Shown here: positions 1 to 9,047 of the stretch, in pieces
Layout: the number at the start of each line of letters is the position of its first letter
How positions within the stretch are numbered: the first letter of the stretch is position 1
DNA from: Candidatus Poribacteria bacterium
Lineage (GTDB): Bacteria > Poribacteria > WGA-4E > PCPOR2b
NCBI GenBank assembly: GCA_965208675.1
Contig: OZ242351.1
Span: forward strand, 512,001-576,000
DNA: 64,000 nucleotides
Direction: 5' to 3'
Made by a program: the position numbers and the translations under genes
Notes under the pieces: generated by a model
The model's database searches: none
What the model was told of the DNA's origin: nothing
What the model saw: the letters and a program-made list of their open reading frames with translations, nothing else

Positions 1-2
1 CA

Positions 3-767
3 TTCCGCTTAGCGACTTGGAACATCCGAATCTTCAGTGACAACAGTCGAAGCGACGAAGAGTTGCAACTTATCGCCAATGTGTTGGTAGATTACGATTT
101 CATTGCGATTGTTGAGTTGCGTGATGAAAACGTGTTAAAACGCACGGTGAGTATGCTGGAACTTATGGGTAAGGATTACGATTACGTAATGAGCCGTAAG
201 GTTGGCGGAAAAGTAAAGGAACGTTATGCGTTCTTGTTCGATCAACAGATGGTAGACGTTGTTGAGGCCGGAATGGTGTTTCCCGATCCGAACGATGCTT
301 TTTTCCGTGAGCCGTATTTCGCTTCTTTTAAGGCGGGTGAATTTGACTTTACCGCGATTGCAATTCATGTAATCTGGGGTAATTCCGTCGCCGAACGCAG
401 GAGTGAGGTTCAAGAATTAGCCAACGTGTATCAGACTGTGCAGGACATAAATGGCGCAGAGCAGGATGTGATTCTGCTGGGGGATTTCAACCGTAACCCA
501 GATGACCGAATAGCATATCAGCCATTGTTGGAAATTGCCGGGATGTTACATCTGTTCAATCTGCCGAAAAAATCCCACATCAACGACTCTAGCTTATATG
601 ACAACATCTTTTTCCAGTCGATACATGTTACCGAATACAACAACGAGAGCGGCGTTGACCGTTTTGACGAAACGGATTTTGGAAATAACGACCGAGCGGC
701 ATCTCTTGCAGTAAGCGATCATCGACCGGTATGGTGCGAGTTTCGGATCGACAGAGATGACGATTAA
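3..767 (+). CDS. Endonuclease/exonuclease/phosphatase (DNase I-like) family protein, 5'-truncated by window edge
   Basis: Frame is open from base 3 (FRLATWNIRIF). EEP motifs: IAIVE, LLGDFN, YDNIF, VSDHRPV. Confidence 0.9.
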   Translation, partial: FRLATWNIRIFSDNSRSDEELQLIANVLVDYDFIAIVELRDENVLKRTVSMLELMGKDYDYVMSRKVGGKVKERYAFLFDQQMVDVVEAGMVFPDPNDAFFREPYFASFKAGEFDFTAIAIHVIWGNSVAERRSEVQELANVYQTVQDINGAEQDVILLGDFNRNPDDRIAYQPLLEIAGMLHLFNLPKKSHINDSSLYDNIFFQSIHVTEYNNESGVDRFDETDFGNNDRAASLAVSDHRPVWCEFRIDRDDD

Positions 768-836
768 ATCACCTTAAAACAGCTATGAGAAGGGGGGAAA
801 TTAGCTTTCCAAATGGAGATAAAATATCAACCTTGA

Positions 837-862
837 GAACCTTTTGCCATTGTGAATCGCCT
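837..862 (+). promoter_or_regulatory. Candidate ECF-sigma autoregulatory promoter (GAACCT...CGCCT)
   Basis: GAACCT at 837-842 and CGCCT at 858-862 just upstream of the ECF gene RBS. GAAC is a typical ECF -35 core; the -10 assignment is a guess. Confidence 0.3.
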
Positions 863-881
863 TTATAAATAGAAGGAGGAG

Positions 882-2258
882 GTGGGCACAGTGGATAAAT
901 TCGATAATGAAACACTGGCTCGTTTAAGTGCACAGGGTAATGAAAGCGCGTTCGTTGAGCTAATCCGACGGCATGAACGGCAGTTAGCGGATTTAATCCA
1001 GTATCAACTCGGAAATCGCGGCGACGCTGAAGATGTGCTGCAGGAGACATTAATGCAGGCGTGGGTTGGGATTCGCCATTTACGCGAGCCGAAAACCGTC
1101 GGGCGGTGGCTGCTTCGGATTGCCCAGAATCGTTGCCGTGATTTTCTAAAATCTGCCCAACGCCGAGCCCAGCCGATGGAAGCCGACGAATTAACCCGGC
1201 TCATCGACCGTTTCGGTCATAGGCAGGTTAGGAATAGACATCTTCTCAATGATGCAGTCGCAACCTTAGAGGAGGTGCCGGAAACCGAGCGTAACGCCGC
1301 GCTACTTTTTTACCTTGAAGGATTTACCATTGCCGAAATCGCTGCACGAAGCCGCTGCGCCGAAGGGACGGTTAAGCGGCGCCTGTTTCAGGCACGGGCT
1401 CACCTCCGTCAATCCTTTGGTGTTTCTAACAAAAGGAGGATAAGTCAGATGCAGACGCACAAACCGGGAACCAAAACGCAACCATTTCCGCTCCATCGTC
1501 CGGAGATTGTCATCACCCAAATTAACACAGAGCCATTCTCGGTGGATTGTCCCGAACTCCGATGTTGGTTCATTGTGCCCAAAATCGGGGAGCGTACCCT
1601 GTATGCGAACTATGATCCGATGGATTGGAAACTCACGGAAGTGTATGAGTTACAAGTGGTCAGGCAGAGCCGTGTGCATGATATGGATGGGGTTGAGATT
1701 GACATCTACGCATGGAACTCTCAAACCGGCTGGATGCCATCTGCATGGCAAATACACGGCAGGTTGACTGAAGAGGAGGTGGAGTATTTAGCGGTGTCAC
1801 AACTTTCCGATGGCAAAAAGATATTGTACACCTACCTTGACGAAGATTTCGATTTCGACTGGGGACGAATGCCTCGGAAGGTACAGGACATAGGGCGTTT
1901 CGTGCACCAAGCTAACGGCTCGTTAAAACAGGTACATAGTGTTGACAATGTGGAAGCAAGCGGTGCGGGCGTTTTCTCCGTCTCAATCGGCGACAGACAC
2001 TTTACCTGTCTCCGAATAATTGAACTGGACGCACCTGTCGAAAAGATAGGACGTGACTTTTCAATAACCGAAAGCTACATTACGGAGGTAGGTCGCACCG
2101 TATTGGTCCGGCATTTCTGTCACCCTGAGAGGACAATGTATAATAACCAAGGGATTCGTGAAAGGGTTATCCTTGATAAAGATGTGCAAATTGTAATCGA
2201 CGGCGTCACTTTTGTTCACTGGTATGACGGCATTTCAAATTTGGCGTTTGGATTTTAA
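882..2258 (+). CDS. ECF sigma-70 factor with ~270 aa C-terminal extension
   Basis: Region 2 (DAEDVLQETLMQAW...WLLRIAQNRCRD) and region 4 (EGFTIAEIA...EGTVKRRLFQAR). AGGAGGAG RBS before GTG. Confidence 0.9.
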   Translation: MGTVDKFDNETLARLSAQGNESAFVELIRRHERQLADLIQYQLGNRGDAEDVLQETLMQAWVGIRHLREPKTVGRWLLRIAQNRCRDFLKSAQRRAQPMEADELTRLIDRFGHRQVRNRHLLNDAVATLEEVPETERNAALLFYLEGFTIAEIAARSRCAEGTVKRRLFQARAHLRQSFGVSNKRRISQMQTHKPGTKTQPFPLHRPEIVITQINTEPFSVDCPELRCWFIVPKIGERTLYANYDPMDWKLTEVYELQVVRQSRVHDMDGVEIDIYAWNSQTGWMPSAWQIHGRLTEEEVEYLAVSQLSDGKKILYTYLDEDFDFDWGRMPRKVQDIGRFVHQANGSLKQVHSVDNVEASGAGVFSVSIGDRHFTCLRIIELDAPVEKIGRDFSITESYITEVGRTVLVRHFCHPERTMYNNQGIRERVILDKDVQIVIDGVTFVHWYDGISNLAFGF

Positions 2259-2330
2259 AATATTCCGATCGCCAGGCAATGCCTTTGATATACACTTTTC
2301 ATAAAGGTTAGGCTTTAGGCAGTTCAGTTT

Positions 2331-2354
2331 GTAGTAGCGCAATTTATTGCGCGT
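2331..2354 (+). repeat. GTAG-REP-like palindrome
   Basis: GTAG-TA-GCGCAAT-TT-ATTGCGC-GT: GTAG tetranucleotide followed by a 7-bp hairpin, intergenic. Confidence 0.5.
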
Positions 2355-2476
2355 CCGGCAGGACGTTCACTTCCTTGGCCTGGCATATTTTTTATGTGAA
2401 AACGGTCCGGATAGAGAAATCTCTATCGCCTTCACCATTCGCTCAGTTGATCCCTACTACGTACGTTTGGATGTCT

Positions 2477-2492
2477 AACTGCGTAAGTCCTA
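2477..2492 (+). repeat. 16-bp dispersed repeat (possible IS/MITE end), copy 1
   Basis: AACTGCGTAAGTCCTA, identical to 52203-52218. Confidence 0.55.
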
Positions 2493-2725
2493 CAGATTCT
2501 AATGAAATGCACACGCCTCGAAAAAATATCTCTTTTTCACTGAAATCCCGTGAAGAGTGCATCCAAAACTGTGTATTAGTAATAGCTAACGAAATGTCTT
2601 CCCAACACCTCGCCGAGTCAGTGGTTTCCGCAATCACCGCTCAGTTGCGATTCGGCGATTGTGAGCAACTCGGTGCAAACGGTTAAATTTAAACCATGTT
2701 GAAGAACAAAAAGGAGGCGCCCGGT

Positions 2726-3060
2726 ATGAAAAGAGTGGCATTTCCAATTCGCCAATTTGATTCAATCGACACGGTATTCAGCGGGGGTGCCTCTGATTTC
2801 CGTCCCTCTCTCCACGCGGACGTTGGATGGGTTGCGGCATAGTCCACCTACACGTTGTATGGAGCAGAAGCCTATCAGCGCTGCACTTCTTCTCCGATTT
2901 TTGGCCGTTCCGTATTCATCAATATACGTTTGGCAGTTCAGCAACAAGGACCGGATCGGTGAAATCCCTCCCCCTGAAGTTCCCGGTTTACGCGGCAAAT
3001 TCCTGCATGAAAAGGATAAAGTTTACCTTGGCGCTAATGCGATAAATGGTGAGCCGCGTC
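2726..3060 (+). pseudogene. Probable decayed gene remnant
   Basis: AAGGAGG (2711-2717) then ATG at 2726, but the frame stops at TAG 2840-2842 after 38 codons. Protein-like text continues in other frames (HFFSDFWPF; FSNKDRIGEIPPPEVPG). Confidence 0.35.
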
Positions 3061-3084
3061 AGCTTTTTGGTATTGTTACTTCAC

Positions 3085-3113
3085 TTGAGGGCGTTCTGTT
3101 CGTGTGGTATAAT
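3085..3113 (+). promoter_or_regulatory. Sigma70 promoter for the propeller locus
   Basis: TTGAGG-17bp-TATAAT with extended -10 TG (TGGTATAAT). Confidence 0.7.
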
Positions 3114-3210
3114 GTCGGATTTAGGAAACCTAAATGATTAGCACCGGGGACAAATCTTGGGTGTTGCTGGGCAATTCCACTATGAATCAAAAGTCGGGAG
3201 GGGAACCCTC

Positions 3211-6200
3211 GTGGGTATTTCAGGAGCAAAGTTGACATTAGACAGCCGCTGGTTCATCGTTATCTTATCGCTATTCGGTTGCGCCGGCACCTCGACTGAC
3301 TATATACCGGAGGTAACGAACAAAGATCTGACTTGGAATGCAACCGCGCTTTTGAGTGATCGGGTTAATGCAGTCGCAGCAGATGCCGAACATGTATGGG
3401 TCGGCACCGACAAAGGGGTCAATCGTTTCAATAAACGTGAGAACAGGTGGATAGGTTATACTGTGGAAGATGGGCTGGCGAACAACAAAGTATCCAGCGC
3501 GGCGATTGACGGAGATGTCGTTTGGTTCGGAACAGAGTCCGGCATTTCAAAATATCAGCCAAAAATCGACAAATGGACAACCTACAACCGTGACGACGGC
3601 CTCCCGAGTAACCGCGTATTGGCAGTAGGTGTGGATGGAGTTTATATTTGGTTTGGCACGGCTAAGGGTTTGTGCCGGTATAACAAAGCCATTGACGTGT
3701 GGGCGCTTCGCACCGTTGACGATGGCGGGTTGACCAGCAACCAAATTACCGATATTGCAGTGGAGGACGAATATGTATGGTTTGCGACGGACGAGGGAGT
3801 ATCACGGTACGATAAAAAAATAGATTCGTGGACGCAATTGACCAAAAGCGATGGGTTAGCGGACGAGAAAGTCACTACCATCGCAATTGAGGATGAATTT
3901 ACTTGGTTCGGCACGAAAAATGCCGGTGTGAGCTTATACAGCAACGCTGAGCAGGCGTTTGTAAAGACCTATACGCGAAACGATTTGCTTGAAACCGACA
4001 AGATAAATTACATCTTGGTCGACGGATTGTATATTTGGATCGGAACAGCAAATGAAGGTGTTCAAAGATTCATCAAACCCGCCAATACGTGGATTCACTA
4101 TAGCACAGAAGATGGGCTGCCGTCGTCAAACATCACGGCGATGGCTGTCGATGGCAAGTATATCTGGTTCGGCACGTATGAGGACGGGCTGGCGCGATTC
4201 GACAAGATTAGTGGGCTTTGGACCGCTGTCAAGAGAGAAGAAGGCTTAGTGAGCGATGACGTAAAATCGATTGTTGAGCAGAATGGCAAGCTTTGGATTG
4301 GCACTTCGATGGGGCTAAGTCAATTTGACTTGCAATCAAGGCAGTGGAAAACCTTCGCCAAGGGGCAAGGACTGACGACGAATTACATCACTCGCGTTGT
4401 TGCCGACGATGACGTAATATGGGTGGGCACATCCAAGGGGGTAGGACGGCATCAGAACGGACGGTGGAAATTCTGGCAGCAACAACACGGACTCCCCAGC
4501 GATTTTGTTGTGGATGTGGCGGTAAATAATCAATCGGTTTGGGTCGGAACACGTAATGGTCTATGTCGATATGACGCTAAGAGCGACAGGTGGCATAACT
4601 TCGATAGACTAAAGCATACCTGGATAAAATCCATCGCTTTTGATGACGGTATGTTGTGGCTTGCGACGGACCGCGGATTAGCCCAATTAACAAACTTGAA
4701 CAACAGTGCCTTGACGGAGGTACAAATCGATTTTTATTCATCGCATTGTGCGGATTACGCCAACACAATCTTGGTAGCGGACAGTGCCGTCTGGATCGGC
4801 ACACGGAATGGACTTACGAGATATGGGAAACACGAGAATAGTTGGCGCCATTTTACTGTTGAAGATGGACTTCCGAATAATAACGTCAGGACGCTGGCTG
4901 TGACGGAAAACGCGCTTTGGATCGGTACGCCGAGTGGGTTAACCACATTTCCTCGAAATGAGTGGAACGACTATTCAGGGTTGGAATCGAGTGGATGGCA
5001 GCATTTCAACCTGACGCAGCCTGGGGCGGAGATGGGGCATGAAAATGTCCGGGATATCTGTGTCGTGGATGGTCAGGTCTGGCTGGCTACAATCGGCGGC
5101 TTGGGTGTGTACTCTCTCCAAAACAGTACGTGGAGAGCAATTCGTGCAACGGAACGAACAACTGTTCTGCGTCACGGCGATGTCCACCACACTGCGCTTG
5201 ATGGCTATTGGGTATGGTTTCTGTCATGGCCCAACACCTCCAACGGAGGAATAGTTCGGTATGACAAACGCACACGAACTTGGGGTCATTTCATGAAAGA
5301 AGATGTGACACCAAGCGGACGAAACGGCGAGACGCGGTATATCAGCCAAATCAATTGGATGGAGGTAACCGCTGATAGCGTATGGTTTGCAACCGATGGC
5401 GGTGTACTGGCTTATCACAAAAAATCGGACACGTGGCGGCACTACACGTCGAAAGACGGGTTAGCGGCGGATAAAACGACAACGTTGACGGTTGATGGAA
5501 ATGACGTATGGGTCGTTTTGAGGGATAACCGCATCTGCCGCTATCATCGAAATACGGACGCATGGGATACGCATCAGGTGGTTCTTAAGGAAATTGCGCC
5601 CGGAATGGAATCGTACCGAACGCGAATTGCGGCGGACAATCGGTATGTGTGGGCGCCAGCTCAGAGGGAGGGCGTGGCGCGTTTCGACAAGGTAAACCAA
5701 TCGTGGCGCAGATACACATCGGCAGACGGCTTGTCGAGCGGAACAATCGCATTCATAGCTGTGGACAATAATAATGTTTGGGCTTATGGTGGAGCTAGCG
5801 GTTTAAGCAAGTACGACGAAAACACTGATAGCTGGAGTGTCATTGACGACAAAAAGGGTTTAGCTTCTAATCGGGTTCGTGAAGTCATTTCCGGCGTGGA
5901 TTTTATGTGGGTGTTGCATGACCGCAGGTGGTGGGAAGAAGACGACTATGCGCCGGCAAGTGGACTGCACCGTGCCAATCAGACGTGGCAGCGTTTTCGA
6001 GGGCACCCGGAAAACGTCGGCAACAATTTTACAGATGTGCAGGAAATACGTGAAGTGGTGTGGTTTGGCAGTAATAATCACGGTGTCAGCCGATACGACA
6101 AGGCATCATCGTCATGGACTGTGTTCACGGAAGAAGACGGATTGCTCAACAACCGCGTGATCTATCCATCCCTGAAAATTGATGGCAATTTTCTCTGGAT

Positions 6201-7215
6201 GGGCGGTGGCAGCGGCATCAGTCGCTACGGCCTGCGCGACGATAGCTGGACCGTCTTTACAGGGCGTGCGTCCTTGCCGTCAGATGTTGTCCGCGCCGTG
6301 GCTGTCGATTCTCGTTACGTTTATTGCGGGACAGATCGGGGCGCAACCCGGTACGATAAGCGGCACGACCGATGGCTAGAAGGACAAATTATAGGAGACC
6401 CAGTGAACGCGCTCGCTCACGATGATAAATACGTATGGATAGCGAGCACCAAAGGGGTGATTCGGTTTGACAAGTCGGCGCATTTGACGGACTATCACGA
6501 TGAAGAAAACGGTCTAGCTGACACATTTGCTAAAGTGGCTGACGTGGCGAGCCGTACATTGTGGATCGGCACTGAGAAGGGGGTGAGCAAATACAACACG
6601 CTTTCGGACGACCCGAACGCTTGGGAGACTTTTACTCACGCTGATGACGTAGACACTTTGCAATTAACTCAGAAATACGCCAACAGCCTTGTATACAACC
6701 GTGTTACAAGTATAGCAGTTGGCAATCGTTTCGTCTGGGTAGGTACAGAAAGAGGCGTCAGCCGCTATGACATGAGGAAGGGAACATGGGATACGTATAC
6801 GAAGCATGATGGATTGCATCACAATGAAGTGAGCAGTATTTGTATTGACGGCGATAAGGTGTGGTATGGAGTAACTGGGGGAGTCAGCAAGTTGGATACT
6901 CGGACAGAAGAATGGAGCGCATTCTTGACATCTGACGGATTAGCTAGTGGTCACATTACCTGTATCGCAGCGAGCGATGACTTCGTATGGTTCGGAACGT
7001 TTGATTCGGGCGTGTCTAGATACCACAAGGCAACTGCGACGTGGAGAAAATACACGCAGAAGGATGGGCTTAGCCACAATCGCGTTTTCGACATCGCTGC
7101 GGAAGAGGATTTCATCTGGGTGGGTACTGAGCGCGGATTAAGCCGGTATGACACGACGACGGACACCTGGACAATCTTTACGAAGCATTTTGACAGAGAA
7201 GATGATAGGAGATGA
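3211..7215 (+). CDS. Giant multi-beta-propeller lipoprotein (Reg_prop-like repeats), paralog 1
   Basis: 29 repeats of DGLxxNxVxxIAVDGxxVWxGTxxGxxRYD. Lipobox-like LFG-C after a hydrophobic stretch. Start is GTG 3211 (GGGAGG RBS) or TTG 3232; the ORF track starts at 3157. Confidence 0.85.
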   Translation: MGISGAKLTLDSRWFIVILSLFGCAGTSTDYIPEVTNKDLTWNATALLSDRVNAVAADAEHVWVGTDKGVNRFNKRENRWIGYTVEDGLANNKVSSAAIDGDVVWFGTESGISKYQPKIDKWTTYNRDDGLPSNRVLAVGVDGVYIWFGTAKGLCRYNKAIDVWALRTVDDGGLTSNQITDIAVEDEYVWFATDEGVSRYDKKIDSWTQLTKSDGLADEKVTTIAIEDEFTWFGTKNAGVSLYSNAEQAFVKTYTRNDLLETDKINYILVDGLYIWIGTANEGVQRFIKPANTWIHYSTEDGLPSSNITAMAVDGKYIWFGTYEDGLARFDKISGLWTAVKREEGLVSDDVKSIVEQNGKLWIGTSMGLSQFDLQSRQWKTFAKGQGLTTNYITRVVADDDVIWVGTSKGVGRHQNGRWKFWQQQHGLPSDFVVDVAVNNQSVWVGTRNGLCRYDAKSDRWHNFDRLKHTWIKSIAFDDGMLWLATDRGLAQLTNLNNSALTEVQIDFYSSHCADYANTILVADSAVWIGTRNGLTRYGKHENSWRHFTVEDGLPNNNVRTLAVTENALWIGTPSGLTTFPRNEWNDYSGLESSGWQHFNLTQPGAEMGHENVRDICVVDGQVWLATIGGLGVYSLQNSTWRAIRATERTTVLRHGDVHHTALDGYWVWFLSWPNTSNGGIVRYDKRTRTWGHFMKEDVTPSGRNGETRYISQINWMEVTADSVWFATDGGVLAYHKKSDTWRHYTSKDGLAADKTTTLTVDGNDVWVVLRDNRICRYHRNTDAWDTHQVVLKEIAPGMESYRTRIAADNRYVWAPAQREGVARFDKVNQSWRRYTSADGLSSGTIAFIAVDNNNVWAYGGASGLSKYDENTDSWSVIDDKKGLASNRVREVISGVDFMWVLHDRRWWEEDDYAPASGLHRANQTWQRFRGHPENVGNNFTDVQEIREVVWFGSNNHGVSRYDKASSSWTVFTEEDGLLNNRVIYPSLKIDGNFLWMGGGSGISRYGLRDDSWTVFTGRASLPSDVVRAVAVDSRYVYCGTDRGATRYDKRHDRWLEGQIIGDPVNALAHDDKYVWIASTKGVIRFDKSAHLTDYHDEENGLADTFAKVADVASRTLWIGTEKGVSKYNTLSDDPNAWETFTHADDVDTLQLTQKYANSLVYNRVTSIAVGNRFVWVGTERGVSRYDMRKGTWDTYTKHDGLHHNEVSSICIDGDKVWYGVTGGVSKLDTRTEEWSAFLTSDGLASGHITCIAASDDFVWFGTFDSGVSRYHKATATWRKYTQKDGLSHNRVFDIAAEEDFIWVGTERGLSRYDTTTDTWTIFTKHFDREDDRR

Positions 7216-7302
7216 ATCGAAAAGAGAGCGTGCCATCCAGTTGCGATGCATTGTTCCGCAATTATTCGGACGAACGGTTAGGAATGAGAAAGGAATTTAG
7301 CT

Positions 7303-8238
7303 ATGACCGAAACAAGTAAGGGCGGTCTTGCAATAGCGAAGCACATTGCATCGTCCTACGTTGATGACTCCAGTGTCAAGGTAATTTTAGTCGGCGGTTC
7401 AGTCTCACGCGGCTGCGCAGACGAATACTCCGATCTTGAAATTGGTATCTTCTGGGCGGAGAGGCCATCCGTTCGCATGCGGAAGGCTGCTATCAAACGT
7501 GTCGGCGGAGAACTATGGTCGTTGAACGAGTCGCGGGGGAGTGAGAAGTGGGGACTCAACGAAATTACTGTCAATGGAAAATCCTACGCAGGTACGTTAA
7601 TGGTTTCTACGATACATCTCAGTGTCACAGAAACGGAAGCCCGCCTATCAGACGTTATTGATTGTTACGATACTGACATTGAGAAGCAGGGATTGCTTTC
7701 CGCCATCCAACACGGTTTGCCTTTGCACGGCACGGCGATTTGTGGGCGATGGCAGACTAGGGCATCCGCATACCCTGATGAGCTTGCACGGCGAATGGTT
7801 CGAGAGAACCTCTGGATGGGACCGTGGTTCTGCCCTGAACAGTATATTGGCAGAGACGACCTTCTTGTCCTGTACGATCACTATATTCAGATTGAGCAGG
7901 GCATTCTCAAGGTGCTGTCGGGGCTGAACCGAGTCTATTATCCAACTCCTTATACCAAGTGGATGGATTGGCTCATTCAGCAGATGTCAATTGCCCCGCC
8001 GGACCTATCAGTTCGACTGAAGTCAATTTTCCATGCGGGCGCCGCATCTGCATGGGTTGAACTTAAAACGTTGGTTTTCGAAACTTTATGCTTTGTTGAG
8101 CACCACATGCCTGATGTAGGTACGCCAGTATCGGGTGAACAGAATCCACCCCACGTCAACATGGTATGGGCGAAAAGGCGGTGGATGCCTCACTCACCTT
8201 ACAGCCTCATGCGGAATATCGCCGCAACCGAATATTAG
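7303..8238 (+). CDS. Pol-beta-superfamily nucleotidyltransferase domain protein with helical C-terminal domain
   Basis: GGSVSRGCADEYSDLE matches the GS-x-D-x-D/E NTase signature. AAGGA RBS. Confidence 0.75.
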   Translation: MTETSKGGLAIAKHIASSYVDDSSVKVILVGGSVSRGCADEYSDLEIGIFWAERPSVRMRKAAIKRVGGELWSLNESRGSEKWGLNEITVNGKSYAGTLMVSTIHLSVTETEARLSDVIDCYDTDIEKQGLLSAIQHGLPLHGTAICGRWQTRASAYPDELARRMVRENLWMGPWFCPEQYIGRDDLLVLYDHYIQIEQGILKVLSGLNRVYYPTPYTKWMDWLIQQMSIAPPDLSVRLKSIFHAGAASAWVELKTLVFETLCFVEHHMPDVGTPVSGEQNPPHVNMVWAKRRWMPHSPYSLMRNIAATEY

Positions 8239-8248
8239 GATTACTTAT

Positions 8249-9025
8249 ATGGCAAGCATTTATAACTTTCCCGACGTCTACGATGCCGTGCTTCGATTTC
8301 CACCTGATCAGATTGAAACACAGGTTAACTCCATCCGGCAGTTGCTGAGAGGGCGAGGTGTAACCAAAGGCAGGATGCTCGAACTTGCTTGTGGGACATG
8401 TGCGCATGGAATATTTTTCGCAAAAAGCGGATTTTCTGTAACAAGCATGGACATCAATCCAAACATGCTTGCGAGTGCACAGAATCGAATGGAAACTGCA
8501 GGAGTTAAAATCCAACTCATTCAAGGTGATGTGGTTGATTTTAACCTAAACCATGCGGGTATTGACTGCGCGATTTTTATGGCAGAGACCTTCCCTCTGA
8601 TTACCGCGTATGAAGACGTCAAGAGCCATTTTCAATCGGTGAGACGTCACCTCAAACCGGGCGGACTCTACGTTATTGATATGGATAAACATTACTTCGC
8701 ACCTCCAAAACGTAAAATTGGGAGGTGGGGTGAAAAAACAGTTCGACTTAGCAACGGACAAGTGGAGGTCTGGCACGAGGACTTTCCAGGAGATTGGGTT
8801 GAAGGAGTAAATCGCATGACGATGCACTGCCGAATTCACGTTAACGATACCATTTATGAAACAGCCGATGAATGGAGTCTTCGATACTATAGTCCTTGGA
8901 TACTATCTTTGCTGGCGAGAACATTAGAAGGTTGGAATTTAACCGGATTCTTCTCGCGCCACAATCTGAACCAAGATATTTCCGATGAATCTCACTATTT
9001 CACAGTTTTGGAAAAAGCGTATTAA
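8249..9025 (+). CDS. Class I SAM-dependent methyltransferase
   Basis: MLELACGT motif I, MDINPNML, QGDVVDF, HLKPGGLYVID. ATG 8249 lies just after the upstream stop. Confidence 0.9.
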   Translation: MASIYNFPDVYDAVLRFPPDQIETQVNSIRQLLRGRGVTKGRMLELACGTCAHGIFFAKSGFSVTSMDINPNMLASAQNRMETAGVKIQLIQGDVVDFNLNHAGIDCAIFMAETFPLITAYEDVKSHFQSVRRHLKPGGLYVIDMDKHYFAPPKRKIGRWGEKTVRLSNGQVEVWHEDFPGDWVEGVNRMTMHCRIHVNDTIYETADEWSLRYYSPWILSLLARTLEGWNLTGFFSRHNLNQDISDESHYFTVLEKAY

Positions 9026-9047
9026 ACCGAACACTGAAAGGCGCGCA

